NCBI RefSeq assembly: GCF_037042905.1
Contig: NC_087245.1
Location: 18,912,001-18,972,000 of the forward strand
Direction of reading: 5' to 3'
DNA: 60,000 nt
Source of the DNA: Lytechinus pictus
Lineage: Eukaryota
Shown: piece by piece, positions 39,602 to 53,545 of the stretch
How positions within the stretch are numbered: the stretch's first letter is position 1
Layout of the letters: each line of letters opens with the position of its first letter
Made by a program: the position numbers and the translations under genes
Notes under the pieces: model-generated
Told to the model about the DNA's origin: nothing
Seen by the model: the letters and a program-made list of their open reading frames with translations, nothing else
The model's database searches: none

Positions 39602-42600
39602 TAGTAAGCTCAGCTTATGTAAAGGTTGTACTTATTTATAGTTACACTCTAAAAACAGGAGTGACCACATTTTAAATAAGGATGGAAAACTCTGTCACTC
39701 CTTGGCCCTTTCGGCCCGTACATGTATCAATGGATTGGCCAATCAGAACTTTCAAAATTTCAACATGGTTCATAATTCATTAAATGTCAAAGAGCTAGTT
39801 GGAAAATAACAGGATTGACCGAATTGTACAGTATGGAGATAACTAGTTTAATTCTTTTTTTTTTTTGAAGTATGGGCTCAGATAAATATACTTCACATTC
39901 TTCTAAACCTTCCATTTGGATAGAGCTTAGAAGATGAGTGTTTAAGTTCCGTATTTCAAGTTGTATACATGTAGTTTGAATACTTTTCTTGGCATCAATA
40001 TACAAAGGTCTACTGGTGTAAATTCAGACATCATTATCTATCCCTGTCCCCTCTCCCAATCATACTTTTCACTCTTTTTCTTCCCTCTCTCTTTCTCTGA
40101 AAGCAAAAATGGTGTTGACACATGAATATCCCTTTTGCCTCTTTGATTTCATCTAAACCATCCACCCACAAAGCTTTCTTCTTTAACAAATAAGTAGTCA
40201 TGCAGAGCCCTATCGGCACACTTGATAAATCCCAAGATTCCAGGCATTGTTGGGAGATCACCACTCCACCATCCCAAATCACCTACACGTGAAAACAAGG
40301 GGGAAAACGTACTTTTGTAATTAACGTCAGATGATTAGAGCCAAATATAGCACCCAGGCTGCAAAACAATCCCCCAAAATCCTAGACTATGAGCTCCATA
40401 CACATAGAAAGCAAATAGATTGGGTAGATTCGGGAGATTGCCTGTGATTTATTTATTGTACTTGAGAGGACTTTCCCATTGTTTAGGCAACTTTTTCATG
40501 TGTTGCGAGTTTGGAAGTTCTCTCAGCTGGCCGAAACACCTATATTACAAATTTTATTCTGATGGGAATCTATAACTATTTCCTTGTTCTTACAGGTCGA
40601 ATTATTTTACAAAAATTTTCATGATTTATTTTTAAATTCTTTATTTTTGCAACCAAATTTAAATGATCTCCTACAATACATTCAACAACTGAATACTCAG
40701 TTAAAACTTGACTAAAGCAACCAAAGACCTGTTTTGCAGAAGCAAATATCAAAAGGACCATAGTTCTCGACTAAAACCTGAAAATAAAAAGCTATTTATT
40801 TCATTAGCTAACAAAACAACAAATCAATAATGAAGTGCTGAATTGTCCATCTTAGGTTTTTGAGGTCTTATCAAAATCAGATTAGGCATTTAAGAATTCT
40901 TGAGTGCGTCACCACTTTAAGAGAGATTGAATAATTCAAAGTCGAATGAAGCAGACATCATGGATATAAGTGGTTTGCCACAACATCCTTACATTTTAAG
41001 TTGGTTTTTACTTGTCTTGGCAACTTTACAGCACATAAGGTGGTGCACTTTTACTTTCATAGAAGATTTTCAAAAGGACTTCATGGATACTTCACAAGTT
41101 CTGTAACAGTATAGTAAAGTACTTATCTTCAGGAGTTATATTTTTCAAGCAAATTCAACAGTCAATTACTTTGAAAAAAGAAAAAATTTAGAACGTTTTC
41201 CCCCCATACATTGCAAATTTGTAATATAGCCCACAAGTGAATTTACCCACCTACCAATACCCCCCCAAAAAAATTGTAGTTCTCTCTCTCTCTGCCTCGT
41301 ATCAACAGGGGTAGCTTCATAGAAATGCTGGGGGGGGGGGGGGTGTCTCACTGAAGCGATCAGAGCAAGATGTGATAATTTACTCCTTGCCAACGTTAAG
41401 TGCATTTCATTATTTTCAAGAGCATTAAAAGCACCTGATAAACACTTTTCAGAGCTAAATCAGTCTCTGTTTCTGAGTATTTCATTTTACACATCACTTT
41501 TGCTTGGAATTCAGCATCATAACACATGTAATATGAACTAGGAAGACAACATCTAAGAATATAAAAGGCAAATATCAACCTGACTTGGGGGTAGGTAGGT
41601 CTAAGATCAAAATTGGAAGGGGTTTGATATCTTGAAATCACAAACACGTTTCTGCCCTTGAACCCCCGTCACGTCTTTCTACCCGACAAGAACCAGACAA
41701 GAAACAGAGCTCTGCGATCCTCCAAGGGTCTCGCAGTCGACCCCTCCTTTTAGATGGCATCAGTCCAGTGTACAATCTGGTGAACTGGTTCATGTACTGA
41801 TTCACAAACAGGAATTGAATTTCAACATTCAATTTATTCTTCTTTATGATGCTGACGCTTTTTTTTATAGAATGTATCATTAGAACAATGGGTTTGTTTC
41901 AGGTTTAAGTAAAGTTGGCAGAGAGGTGAAAGGTTTACATAAATCTAACAAAGCATCCACGTTTGTGCCCTCAATCAAAACACTTTTAAGCATTGACCTT
42001 TATCATGAAACATCTTCATTTCACTGTTTTTTGTTTTTTTTGGGGGGTAGTTGTTATCTATACAACCACCCTTTATTTTTACAATGCAGATATATTCTTC
42101 TTTCTTCTTTAATTTACAAAGAAAAATACTTTTCCAAACTACATATCTTTTTCGTGTTGATTGGCACTATGTACATCCATTGTTTTTTTTAAATATTTTT
42201 AAATGAGTTGTTTCTACACTGAGAAAAACAAAAGATAGGTGAATAATTCAGAAAATTTCATATTTGAAAAAAAAAACACCCTGGGTGTCTTTTGTTTAAT
42301 TCATATATTTAAATTTTCATCTTTCATTGAAATATTTGAACTCTAAATTGGCAAGACGGTCTCTTAAAATACTACCACACCCACAATAATGTTATACTTT
42401 ACGATTTTGCAAACCCTAATTTTGCAAAATTGAGAAACACAACTTATGTCAATGATGTGCACGTGCCAAGTAAAACTTGACTTTGATGGCAGTGAAAAAA
42501 AAACAGGAAGCCATTTTACTTCTCAGATTCAAGCTTTGCGACCATAATGAACTTGACAATTGCCGTTTGATCTCTTCCTTTAAACAAGATGAGAAGTCAG

Positions 42601-42699
42601 ACATAGTGTGATAGGGGATTCAAAGGTAGGCCATAGAAAACCATGGGCCAAAGCCGAACCTCATTGACAATGTACGTGACCTGTAATTCAACTCTCACG

Positions 42700-42900
42700 T
42701 TCAGGTTGTTTGTTCGGCCTCGTTCGATATGAGACTGTGCAGAAAGGAAGAAAGAAAAGGCGATTGGACCGTAAAAGAAGCAAGAGGAGAGATAGAGAGA
42801 TGGAAATATTGAGAGCAAGCGGGCGAGGGGAGAGGAGGCAAAGAAGAGAGGGTGGGAAAGGGGTACTGGGGCGGGGGACAGGGGCAGAAGGGTAAAAATA
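42700..42900 (-). promoter_or_regulatory. Putative minus-strand start site (or strong splice acceptor) near 42736
   Basis: Minus strand: long CT-rich tract, CCAAT (42767-42763), then TTTCTGCACAGTCTCATATCG; CpG-rich downstream. Confidence 0.35.
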
Positions 42901-43776
42901 AGGGCACTATAAAACATACAAATAGTATCAAGTTCAATTAAAGAGAATAGATAAAGAGAGGATGATACGTCCGAAGGTTGTGATACAAGACAAATAACAT
43001 GAAAGGGGAAAGTACAGGTTAAGGTAATATGCAATAAAAATAAACAAGGGTTACAAGGTACTCGTAATGAGAGACTGAAACATACACGTCCACAGGAAAC
43101 AGAATGGAGCAAAGAGCAGAGTGGTAGTCAAGAAAGTTACAGAAGTAAACAAGACGATAATCAAAACGCAATTTAAAGAAGAGAGACAAAAATTTAATGA
43201 AATTACTCCGCATACTTAAAGAGAAACTTACAACTGAATTCAAATAGCCTAGAGGCCTACCATTATTTCATTCCCATCAAAAGGTTCTAAGAAAAATGAG
43301 AACTGTAGATGATGATATAGATACATGAGGAAAAAAACTGTAAGAAATACTTGATGATGTATTTGAAAGTGATATAGCTGAAGCAATTGATTGATGGGAA
43401 ATGAATTTTAGGTGTGAAATGCAAAGAGAAATGTGCATATCAATATATGACAGAAAGAAATATGTTAGATACAGCAATGTTTTTGTTCTTTAACTTTTCA
43501 AATATTAACAGATGCTTTGAAGTTTGATCATCTTCGGAAAGTAAGGATATTTAATTGTTATTTGTTAACTCATATGAGCTGGTAATAGCAAACTTCTGGT
43601 TTTAAATAAATAATAAGCCATCCATATTACACAGACGTATACAGACGTATAGAATGACAAAATATGATAAGGCATAATGAATGCATAATAATAACCAACA
43701 AATGGAAAGGAAAAGTAGAAGATAAAGAAATACATGCATATGGGTAGAATGATAAACCAAGAGAAAGACACATATG

Positions 43777-43777
43777 C

Positions 43778-43814
<37 letters not shown>
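43777..43814 (+). repeat. (CAGA)9 microsatellite
   Basis: Read directly. Confidence 0.95.
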
Positions 43815-43818
<4 letters not shown>

Positions 43819-46800
43819 CACTTGTTCCCACAAACAATTACTTCATGATTGATAAGGTTTGCCCAGTCATATTTGATTGATAAGCTCTGGGGATGGGGAT
43901 AGAGATGAAGAAAAAAAAGCAAAAGAGGATAGAGAGCCAGAGGGAGGGATGGAAGGATACTCAACTGAAGTTGAAATATCATAAAAGGAAAGGAAGATGA
44001 TGGAGGGAGTAAAAGTCGATGTTGAAGGGATTGAAAATGAAAAAGGAGGAAGGAGGAAGGAGAAGAGAAACAAGAGGAGGGAAAGACAACATAGAATGAA
44101 AAAAACAAAGTGAAACGTGAAAGATATAGGTGAGAAGAGAGGCAGATAAATAGATGACAGAGACAGAGTTAGAGAAATGGAGAGGGCAAACAAGTGACTG
44201 ACAGACAATCGATCAACAATAGAGAGACGTGTCAATCTTCCGTACTGATAAAATACAAGGAATATGCAATGAGACAGAGATATTCTTGAAGAATGACCAT
44301 GTTGATGTTAAGACAGGAAACTGAAAAAATATAAACATCAAAGTGACTGGCGTACTAGAGGCTGATTTTAGGGGCTGTACTGTGCCCCCCTCCCCCTAAA
44401 AAAAATCATAAAAATCATATTCTAAAAAAAATCACAGAGTCATTCCATATTCCAATTTCTCTTAGTTTACTGATATTTTTCTATATTACGGAATTCTACA
44501 TTTCCTTATTATCTGTTTCCTTCAATGATTCAGTACCAACTTGCAATGTGCTTACTACAGATACTGATTAGCAATTTAAAAACATTCAAAAGATTTTGCA
44601 TTTAAATGGAAGGGGTACCCATCTTTTATTGTCTCCGTTCAAGGAAACAGTAACAAGAGAGAAAAGAATGCACAGAGAAAGAAAAATCATCTAGAGCAGG
44701 GGGGATGTGAACATATCGGTAAGTTTTTCTTGTCTATCATCAAGCAACATGGGAGGCAGACAAGTCAGATCTCTCTCTCCAAAAATTACTATGCCGCCAA
44801 CAACCTCTCTGTGACCCCAATCCCCTTCAGTTGCCCGCGGAAACGAGAATAATGCTTTCACTTTAGATACAAAAGTATGCGATGCTTTCCAACACCGGTA
44901 TGACATCCCGAGGTGTATGCATTAATGTCGAACTTTGAAAGATGTAAATGGAACCTGTTTCCAATTTTCTGCCACAGTTTTCCCCGTATCGACTTTGACC
45001 AAAAAGATATTCATTATATTCAACATTCAGGACAAGGATATAAAGATGCTAATATCTCGTTAACCCAATGACTACTGATTTATCAAATTCTTAAAGGCTC
45101 TGTACAGAGACCACCAAGTTCCAGCAGCCAGCGGGTTTAAACCTGGAGTTACATTTGAAGCAAAATGTGGAGATGAATCTCTTTAACAGGTATCACATTA
45201 TACAAACAATCTAGATCACTACAAAAATAGCTGCCCCGTTTTACTTAATTGAAAGGAATGAATGGATTGTTTGAGCAGATAGGCCTCTTCACATACCTAC
45301 CCCTTTGAATAACTATTTCCCTCCCCCATCATCATCATCCATCATGGAGGCAAGATATATGGAGCAATTTCTCATGAAATCATATGGTTAATAAACTAGA
45401 AATGTCACTGGAGGTGATTAATAACCCCCTCCCCCCTTCTCGATGAGGACAGCTATAACTACAGATATGACAGTTCAGTAACTTCAGTGAAAAAGGGAAC
45501 TAAAGCAATATAGAAAAAAATGCCAGACACCTCTATTACTTTTATTATCTTTAACTGATGCCAATATACTAAAAAGACTGAATAATATGAGTGCTGAAAA
45601 AAAAAACGTATAAGAGTACCATTACAGGACTCCGCCATGATGGTAAAGCTAACTCCCGAAAATAATTTTCTTATCATTGGTCCTACATAGGCCTACACAT
45701 TTGATGTCTTGTGTGATGCAACAGCAGCACAGTGGGCTAACACCTCACCAATTTTCATGGGGGGAGGGGCGTTTCCGGGTACCAGAGCCTTAAGTTCTTC
45801 CTTTTTCCCCATACTTTGATTCGATATCACACTGAAATCAAGTACGGCCATGCAGTTAGGATGTACAGAACACTCAAAGTCTTTACAACTACCAGTTTAT
45901 AGCTTTACATTTACCACCAATGATCAAATCATTTCACTATTTTCCCCAAGAATTATAGTAGAAACAGCATGATTCCTTTGACCTAACATAAATAAATTTA
46001 AATAAATTACACTTCACATTAACAAGATGCACTGCCCTACTTTAAGCTCTCTTTCTCTGGTAAATTGACTTTAAGAATTTTGTGAGGTATTTCAAAAGCG
46101 ATTTCACCGCCTACGCTCTTTTTATCACCCCTCACAATGGATATAAACTACCGTGACTGACATAGACCCAAGCTAAAGTTCTTCTACACATTCCACAATG
46201 CGAGCCTGGTCAATTGACATTACTAGAATACATATCAAATATTGTCTCAATGTTCTCTCCCTCATGAACTCATTGTAATAAAAGAAAGATGGAAGATCGA
46301 ATAGATGCAATAACACTTGCCCAATCCAAAATCTAATGAGACCGTACGTTTACACATCACTTTTGCTTGGAATTCAAAATATATGTTCATTCATTTCATG
46401 AAGAACCAAATAAAATGTGCATAAAAATTATAATAGTAATAATACTAAGTTATAATAGAGAGTATTTATTGTGATGCATCACATTTGAAATTCTTGGATC
46501 TTTCTTTCACCATTAAAAAAAATCGAGACATTCTTGTAATTTCATGAAGTACTTAAATTTTTTTTTTGCTTTCACACTGGCAAAGAACCTGGTTTTTCTC
46601 TTCAAACTTCCAGGTAGATTTCCCAATCGGATAATACAGGTATTTTCTGTGATTGGGTTGGTATGAAATTGCCTAATGGGAATTTTTGTTATTGTAAAAA
46701 GGGATATAATTTGCACACAGCCCCCAAAGGTATATGGTAGCAATGTCAATTTACATGAAGACAGTGAAAATATTGACTTTGGTGGTTTGCCCAAGATGGC

Positions 46801-49800
46801 AAGCAATATACCTGTAGTGTGTCTGAGATTGACATGGATCCTGTCATTTATTTCTATTTTTCATGTGTCTTGTTTTCATTCAAAGACAATGAGAATATGG
46901 AAAATGTCATATTAATATCATGTGGATCTGGTTTAAGCAAATGTAAATATAAGGTGTATTTGCTTCTCTGTCTCATTCATTTTGTCATGGTAATTAATTT
47001 TATGTTTAAAGTCTGTAGTAAGTTTGGTAAATTTAAACATGATTTATTTTCTAATATTTAATTCATTGTCATACAAACTGAAAGACAATGCGATAAAACA
47101 CTTGTGTGAAAGATTCAATCTGAAATTTGACACTTACAGGTAAAAATTACAATTAAACTGTCTAAATTAATTTTTGTTTTAAAAAAGAATAGGCCTACCC
47201 TTTCTGTTTTAAAACCATTTTTAAAGCATGGAATAGGAAGAGATTTCCAGTCTTCAATCTTTATATATACCTTTGTGATAAGCTTGTAAAACAGGTGTTT
47301 TAATTACCTTTATATGAAAAAAGCAAATCATTATAATTCATTATATAAATTTATTTTTTTAAAGAAAATTTAGGCCTTCAGATTTTTAAATTGCAATTTG
47401 CTCTGAATGTTTCATGATCTTACAATGAATTCAAACTGCGAAAATGCACCATAACACCTTGATACAGGCTTCAAACAGTACTTTCTTTTAGTTTTTGTCT
47501 CTTTTTTTAATTCAAGCAAAGTCTCTCATCACCTGTACCATATTCACAGGAAGGGGGGGGGGGGTGGCAGGCCTAAACACCTTCATTAATTGAATAAATT
47601 CCACGAGGTCTAGTATTCAGGTGTATCTTTTTTCAATTTTGATAACGAGCTCTCAACTACCATCCAATGCTTATATTCCACACAGGTGAAGGCCGATACA
47701 ATAAGGAAGGGGGTTCAAAAGTTTACATGTTGAAAGACTCAATTGTTTCTAGAAAGTTCATCATAACAGATTCTAAATATAATGAAAACCTGTAAACGGG
47801 GGAAAGTGATACAAAAACATTCACTCTATTTCTACATTCACTCCTCAAAGAGTAAATAACTTTACTCATAGTTTCAGAGTACAAACATCAAATATATACA
47901 GTGGTCTCTTATTTGGTTCGTGAAGAAGGGAATTACTTTCAACAGATGTGATCAACTGCATTTGATTTTCCAACCATTGGTTCTTTCTCCTCGGAGAGTG
48001 AACATTTTGGGATACAATCGGCTACCAATGAGGCATGAGAATGGGCAGTCAAGGGAAAAGCATTATCAGATGAGCACAGGCTCTCAATAAACCCAGGTGC
48101 TTACAAAAGTGACAAGAGGAAAAAAAAATGAAATCAAATTTCCATTGCTTTCCAACAAAGGGGACATGCTTGGCACTCTGTATGAATTCTGCATAATAAA
48201 AAAAGTTGAGCAGGTATTGAGATTCGTCCATGGGGCATATCCTTTACATCGGTAAGCTTTGAAATACGAGGGTTCGTATCAAAAGAGAGGGTGACTGCTT
48301 TCGATCAATTTTTCATTTCTCTTTTTCTTTTGGGCTTGATTGTTTTTATGCATTTTTTTCCAAGGATCAGCAGTTTTGAAAGAGAAGAAAGATAACAAAG
48401 ATAACCGAGTTAGCACTTTATCTTGCAATGAAATCTGAGGTAACATTTTTTTCTTCTTCAAATTGTACACGTTATGGCTATTTTTGACAAGGAAAGAGTA
48501 TATACAAGTACATTTTGATGTTCATGCTCCTTCCTTCCCCTCTTCTTTCCTACCCCCCCCCCCCCCTTTCCTCATATTGACTCTGTCTCTCTTTCATCTA
48601 TATCAAGAAGCCAATAATCCAATATCTACCAATTTGATTTGGCAATTTCTTCCAGCCAATGACCCTTGATAATTTTCCAAAGAACAGCTCCCTACACGTT
48701 TCCCTTCATCCAAGTACCCCCCCCCCCCCCCATATTCTTTCACCTTGGTTAGTAATCTGAAACCTCATCCTAAACCTTGGCAAAAAAACATTAACCACTA
48801 TCACCCAATCCCATTCACTCAATTTGTGTTCTTGTCCCTTTACTTTGTAAGCAAGTCCCATCTATTCATTTGGGTGTTATCTTGGAGGTTAGTACTGGAA
48901 AGAGGCCAAAGTCCCATTGATACCCTATTTTCAGCCATAAAATCTCTGCACTGACTCGGTGGGGATGGTATAATACTTCTCTCAGCTGGCTGTATGAGAA
49001 TGTAATGGTTTGTTTGCTTTGAATAGAAGCCAAATACTACTCTTCTTTTTTTTTTAAAGTGTGATATTTCCCCCTTTGTCCTGCTTCACGAATGACTCCT
49101 ACATGAACCCTGGCCTGGAGTCATTCAGAGAACAAGCAAATCGGCCATAAATACGTTGTTTCCCCACAAAAACATGAGGATTGCATACCAACCCTGTAGA
49201 TCATATATCAAAGAACATCACCTTACACCAGTAGCACAATGCAGGATTTCCTTTTTAACACTAGAACTTTGATGGACATATGTTTATTATCCTACATGGC
49301 ACAGGAACAGAAAAAAAATATCAAAGGGCAAGAGAATTCAAAGTCTATTTCCTCGAAGGTATGCTCTTGCAGGATGTGCATTTTAATTTCATACTGAGAA
49401 GCCATAATCTTGCATGTTTATGACATGTTTATCTCATAACCTTTCAATAACTTGACTGGAGCCTGGCTTATGATTAATGTTCATCGAAGAACTGGGGGGG
49501 TCCTTCCAGTTTGAATTCATCAGCAGTTATGAGCATGACAAACTTTCACACCTCTCTTTGATATTGATTTATTTTCGTGACTTGTAGGTGAACTTTGCTG
49601 TCTGCTCGCTGAACTCTCTCCTTTTCTCTCTCTCCGTCTCTCTCTCTCCTTCTCCCTCTCTTTGTTCTGGAGCTGACGTTCTATAGAAGCTTTGAACGAT
49701 GTTTATTCATCCGAAATTGTTATCTTTTATCACTGATATTTCACTTTTGTTTGAGCCATTCATATTTCTAGCTCTGGCAGTCGCTCCCGTAACAACACAC

Positions 49801-50528
49801 TTAACTTCCTAAACTAACCATATTGTCACCTTCAACCAGTGATCCACCTTAATTAACTCTTTTTCTAAACCATAATAGTAACCCAGGTCAGTAAATTTAT
49901 CCCCATTTAGGGAAATTTAACAAAATCTTGAACCAATCTAACTGTTGTGATGGGAAAAAACACCCTTGGCCCTATCTTAAGACAGGTTCAAATATAAATT
50001 TAAGTTCTTATAATGAGAAAGAACAAGCTAGCTCAAAGTTATTGCCAAGTGTTGACTACAATAATGAGGATTAAGAAAGTAAGATCTAATAATCAACAAA
50101 TACAAGAGAAACATTGGCTCAAGAGGGGACTCAAACTAAGTGGAAAGTGTGTGCCACATGAAATAAAATGAAGAAAAAATAATCTGGGCCTCTGAAATGG
50201 GCAAATCATGAAAAAGGCAGTATTTGTGACAACTGTTTGCCGTTGAGAATCACAAGCACTGGGCATAAAAAAGCATGATTGGGACTGCACACAAATGTTT
50301 GGGTCGTAGCTTGAAGCCGAGAAGCAGTCCTTTTCAGTGGACATTTCCAAAATAACTGGGGAACTCTTGAAAGCTCCCACTTATGTTATCTCTCCTACGA
50401 GGGGAGCTTCCCTAGAATGATTAATTATGTCCAGTGTGGTTGGATCATGGACCTGGTGGACAGAGGCAAAGGCCTGCAGTCTGAAGACTATATCAAACAT
50501 TTCAGCTATGTTTCCTCCTGTGACTCAC

Positions 50529-50699
50529 AGAGGGAGGCAAGTCTGTGGCAGAGGCTCTGACATACTTGAATATATTATTGAAATCAGCATCATTTAAAGC
50601 TCCAAACACAAAATCTTCACCCTCTTGCCCCCTTTTCATACTTTTCTTCACCCACTGCCTACTGAATTCTGGTTTACCCATAGTGACCACCCTGTTCCG
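50529..50699 (-). CDS. Candidate 171-nt symmetric (phase 0-0) exon RNRVVTMGKPEFSRQWVKKSMKRGQEGEDFVFGALNDADFNNIFKYVRASATDLPPS
   Basis: Acceptor CCTTTTGCTTTAATAG| at 50700/50699, donor TCT|GTGAGT at 50529/50528, open frame, internal ATG at 50681. No family recognised. Confidence 0.35.
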
Positions 50700-52442
50700 C
50701 TATTAAAGCAAAAGGTTGCATCATCAATTCATAGTTGCTAATTACATTGTATGTCTAAAATACAGAAACTACGGTACCATTGACTGCACTTGCCCAAGTC
50801 ATATTATACCATGATGTCTAATATACAATTCCAAAAGAGATTAGAGGACAGGTTACGGAATCCCATTCCATTTCTAAGTCCCAAGTTCCAATAACTGAAG
50901 AAAAGTTATTGATAGTATGAAATAAAGACAAGTCAGAATATCAGCTGATATATCTTCAAATTGGTCTTCACCTTGCTCCCCAATACAGGGTACCATTGAT
51001 TTATGCATGATCACCTTTCATTATTTCTTAAACCATTTTCTTCTAGTGTGAAGGACCCTCTATCTCATCCAATGGAGCAAGTCAGAGTGCATGCTCTGAA
51101 CTGGTATCAAGATAGCAGCAGGACCCTACCCATCCTTACTCCTCTCCCCTTTCTTGACAGATTTCAATTAGGATTGGAAGAAGAAGAGGTATGGTACCAT
51201 CATGTGTGACTCACGAAGCTTATCAAGTTCAAACCTGCTGATGGCAACATTGTCAGGGTGGTCCCTCACCCAGGGAAACTCCAAGATGTTGACATGAAGA
51301 AGAAAGAGTGTCAAGAACGGGTAGGTCTTGCCAAGTTTGCACGATGCTGTCTGCCGTAGTTGAGGTATATTTAATCCTTTAATTTTCAAACAATGGATCG
51401 ATTCAACCCTTAAAAAAAGATGCGGGTATATCAAGCATCCAGACAATTACCAAAACAACCACAGGATATTAACTTGAAGACAAAAATAATGAATAAAACA
51501 GAACATTTTAAGAACTGACCATGTTTCAAGGTAATCAGACCTCATCTTACAGTGAGACAACATTCTAACTAAAAATACAATCACATAACTCTGCCATCCT
51601 TGTACTTTTGACAGTATCCCCCTAAGACATATTCAAGATTAATCAATTATTCATTATTTAAAGCTTCATTTGCGGTTGGGCAGCCAGTAAGAACTGATCA
51701 GGAAGCCTGGAAGCATTTCAAATAAGCCAAAATATCACACAAAAAGGGTTTTCTCTGACCTTACAATCAAATGCTAGTGTCAAAATTCAAGTTTTATTTT
51801 TGTGAAATTTGACATACTATATAGAAAAGGTAAGATCACGCGACTATTTATAATTTGTATGGTTGTGACTACAGACTATTCAAATCTTGCTCCTAAATTA
51901 CTCTCAAAATCTTTGATAATAACCTTATAAATTAATTTCAGCTAAAATTACACTTTGAAAATAGTGTGGTGTTGGAACCTTGTTTGCATGATAGCAAATT
52001 CACCTGTAATCGGAGGTGACTGCTGTAGATTTTCAAAAGACTGCATGACCCAGGGCTTTGATCCAATGACCTTTGGGTGTCAGTGCAGCATTGACAAACC
52101 AGATGTTCATAGACTTCTCATTAGACTATGGAGGTAACTCCAACTTATTGACTTGCAGTTCATGGTCAGGAAAGAAATGATATTTCATGGACATGTTTGC
52201 TTCCAAACAAAACTGAATGGATGAACTGAAAATACAGGGACTAACAGGTATTGGTGAAGCACAAACCTAATGGGATGAAAACTCTGAATACCCTTTAAAG
52301 AGAATATAGCCATGTCCAACTTGTAATTACTTTCACTTAGGACAGACAAGGTTGCATGGTTTCAAGGTTCGATTGCTCAGAATACCTTCACCTTCTAATC
52401 CGACGCCAATGACTCCAGACAAACCAGTTATGACATTATTAA

Positions 52443-53029
52443 AGGACAAGTCCACCCCAACAAAAAGTTGATTTGAATAAAAAGAGAAAAATCCAACAAG
52501 CATAACACTGAAAATTTCATCAAAATCGGATGTAAAATAAGAAAGTTATGACATTTTAAAGTTTCGCTTAATTTCACAAAAGTTATATGCACATCCTGGT
52601 CGGTATGCAAATTGGCAGACTGATGACGTCACCCACTCACAATTTCTTTTGTATTTTATTATATGAAATATGAAATTTTCTAATTTTCTCCTCCTTGTCA
52701 AGTGAAACAAAGTTTCATTTCTCCCTGAACATGTGGAATTACCATCGTTTGATACTATATGGTTCAGTCAAGTTGGTCCTTATTGTCAAATCTATAAAAA
52801 ATGAAATATTGTATAATTCAAACAATAAAAAAAAAGAAATAGTGAGTGATGGACATCATGGACTGACTCACCTAGTTGTGCATATCACTATTTTGTGAAA
52901 AATAAGCGAAACTTTAAAATGTCATAACTTTCTTATTTTAAATCCCATTTTGATGAAATTTTCAGCACTATGCTAGTTTGATTTTTCTCTATTTATTCAA
53001 GTCAGCATTGCCTGCGGTGGACTTGACCT
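52443..53029. mobile_element. TTAA-targeting MITE family B, copy 2 (inverted relative to 12648-13236)
   Basis: TTAA|AGGACAAGTCCACCCC ... GGTGGACTTGACCT|TTAA; interior is the reverse complement of copy 1. Confidence 0.92.
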
Positions 53030-53384
53030 TTAACAATGACATGCCATTGGTCAGCTTGAAGTTGGTTTCATTGGCATGAAAAAGTCATATCACTCTGATT
53101 TTGAAAGCTGTATGGAAAACATTTAAGATCAGAAAATCTGATAGAAATGTCAATATCTATTTATATGGTTTTGAATAAGCATTTAGGCCTTATTTATTTC
53201 TTCAATTTCTTCTACAAGCCCTTATACTTAAAAGAAGAAACCAGAAGTTCTGAGAACTGCTAAATTAGAGCCAAACAAGGTCAGGGAACTGTCTTCAACA
53301 TATATTAAGAATCAACAAGGACATAAAATTTTCATACATGTACCACCTAGTATGCATAGAAATTGAGCTCAGGAGTGCTTGCTG

Positions 53385-53545
53385 AAATGCTCCCCAGGGA
53401 GAGGAGAAAGTGCATAAATTGAGTGTGGGGAAAATCCAGAATTTGATGAGACGGGTAACATATCTGTAAAAGCACTACGATGTGTTGTCCTGATGTCATT
53501 AAGAGCTATGCAAAGCAAAATATTCATATAATTATCATTATATTT
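53385..53545 (+). mobile_element. Decayed SINE 3' end
   Basis: GCTCCCCAGGGAG.GGAGAAAGTGCATA...ATCTGTAAAAGCACT..TTAAGAGCTAT followed by an AT-rich tail, typical of L2/CR1-dependent SINE tails; recognised from memory. Confidence 0.4.

Noticed and set aside
42597..44235. Longest ORFs in the track (171, 168, 122 aa, minus strand)
   Set aside because: F/S/L/P-rich translations of CT-rich low-complexity DNA and a (CTGT)n repeat that simply lack stop codons.
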